Assembly (NCBI RefSeq): GCF_000143415.4
Contig: NW_003314322.1
Coordinates: 1-64,000, forward strand
DNA: 64,000 nucleotides
Direction: 5' to 3'
Origin: Selaginella moellendorffii
Lineage: Eukaryota; Plantae; Lycopodiophyta
Made by a program: the position numbers and the translations under genes. The notes beneath the pieces were generated by a model, which saw only the letters and a list, made by a program, of their open reading frames with translations, did not search any database and had not been told where the DNA came from. This document shows, one piece after another, positions 63,204 to 64,000 of the stretch. Each line of letters opens with the position of its first letter. Within the stretch, counting starts at the first letter, position 1.

Positions 63204-64000
63204 TACATCTATGTCTTTGATTATAAAAGAAAACATTTTTGGAGTTTCGTAAATGTCATAGGTGATGTTTGTGGCTGCTCTCTTTTGAGATGCTGAGACA
63301 AATTCCTGAAGGCACTTTCGATTTTGTGTAGCGAGAAAAGCCTTGCAGCCTAGCCACCTGCTTTGACAAAGAGCTATGCACTGTGAGCCTAGGTTCTATT
63401 CTTGTTAAGTTAAGCTCCCCAGTTAAATGAGGCACCCCAGAACCTTAACATAAGACTAGCAAGGAATCCAGCTCTGCTGGCTTAGATAGAAACTAAATAT
63501 TTAATTATCATGTTTGATGAGGTCTTCATTGCAGAGCAATGTTTCTGTGGAACCAGTCAACCACACAGATCCATAAAGTACTGACATCTCTCTCTGTCCT
63601 CTTGATTTTTTCCCTTCCCTGCAGGCATTGAGATCTTGCAATTGCATATAGATTAGCTGTAAACAAGAATTCAAGAAACCCCATATTGTATTTCTTCTAT
63701 TTTCTTCCCCCTAGATATGATGCTGTTTCTGCAGCCATTGCTTGAGTGGCACTTTAATTTTATGGACGAAAGTTTCATTTATTGCATCGTATGATACTTT
63801 TTTCCTACAGTTGATGTTCAAGGATATCCATGGCTCAACACCAAGCTTCATGCCCTTGCACATGTTCTGGTGGATACAAAATGCAAGAACTGAGAGTAAA
63901 TGACTGGAGCTCAAAATGTGCCTTTGTGATGGTTTTGTTTTAGGAAGAATTTAAGTTTCGCCTAAAAGGTAGAAGGTGAAGCATCTAGCCATGGTGCTGA

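Overview
Eukaryotic land-plant DNA with N-gaps, very short (~45-60 nt) GT-AG introns, plant enzyme families and ciliary genes. This fits a seed-free plant with flagellated sperm; a Selaginella-like lycophyte is my inference. (1) 1-20.8 kb and 32.4-44.6 kb are concatemers of non-autonomous Helitrons (TC 5' ends; CCCAGC-GGA-GCTGGG hairpin plus CTAG 3' ends). They carry captured gene fragments (SDR, ALDH, kelch, amidohydrolase, kinase, alpha/beta hydrolase) and a decayed RepHel remnant. (2) 21-23 kb holds an intact GH17 beta-1,3-glucanase and an Ala-rich orphan ORF. (3) 26-32 kb is a string of pseudogene pieces: GH27 alpha-galactosidase, RanGAP, a microbial-type isocyanide synthase (PvcA/IsnA/Dit1), an O-fucosyltransferase-family GT and possibly a microbial-type terpene synthase. 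(4) 44.6-52.75 kb is a minus-strand Ty3/Gypsy chromovirus nested in an older inverted copy. Its integrase/chromodomain region carries 2-3 host-sized spliceosomal-intron-like inserts; removing the best one exactly restores the HPQTDGQTERVN motif. This is the top finding. (5) 54-55 kb has eIF2B-gamma and XCT/XAP5 fragments. (6) 56-63 kb has three adjacent ciliary genes: CEP290-like, DNAAF1/ODA7 and FAM183. All family assignments come from motif recognition by eye, not database searches.
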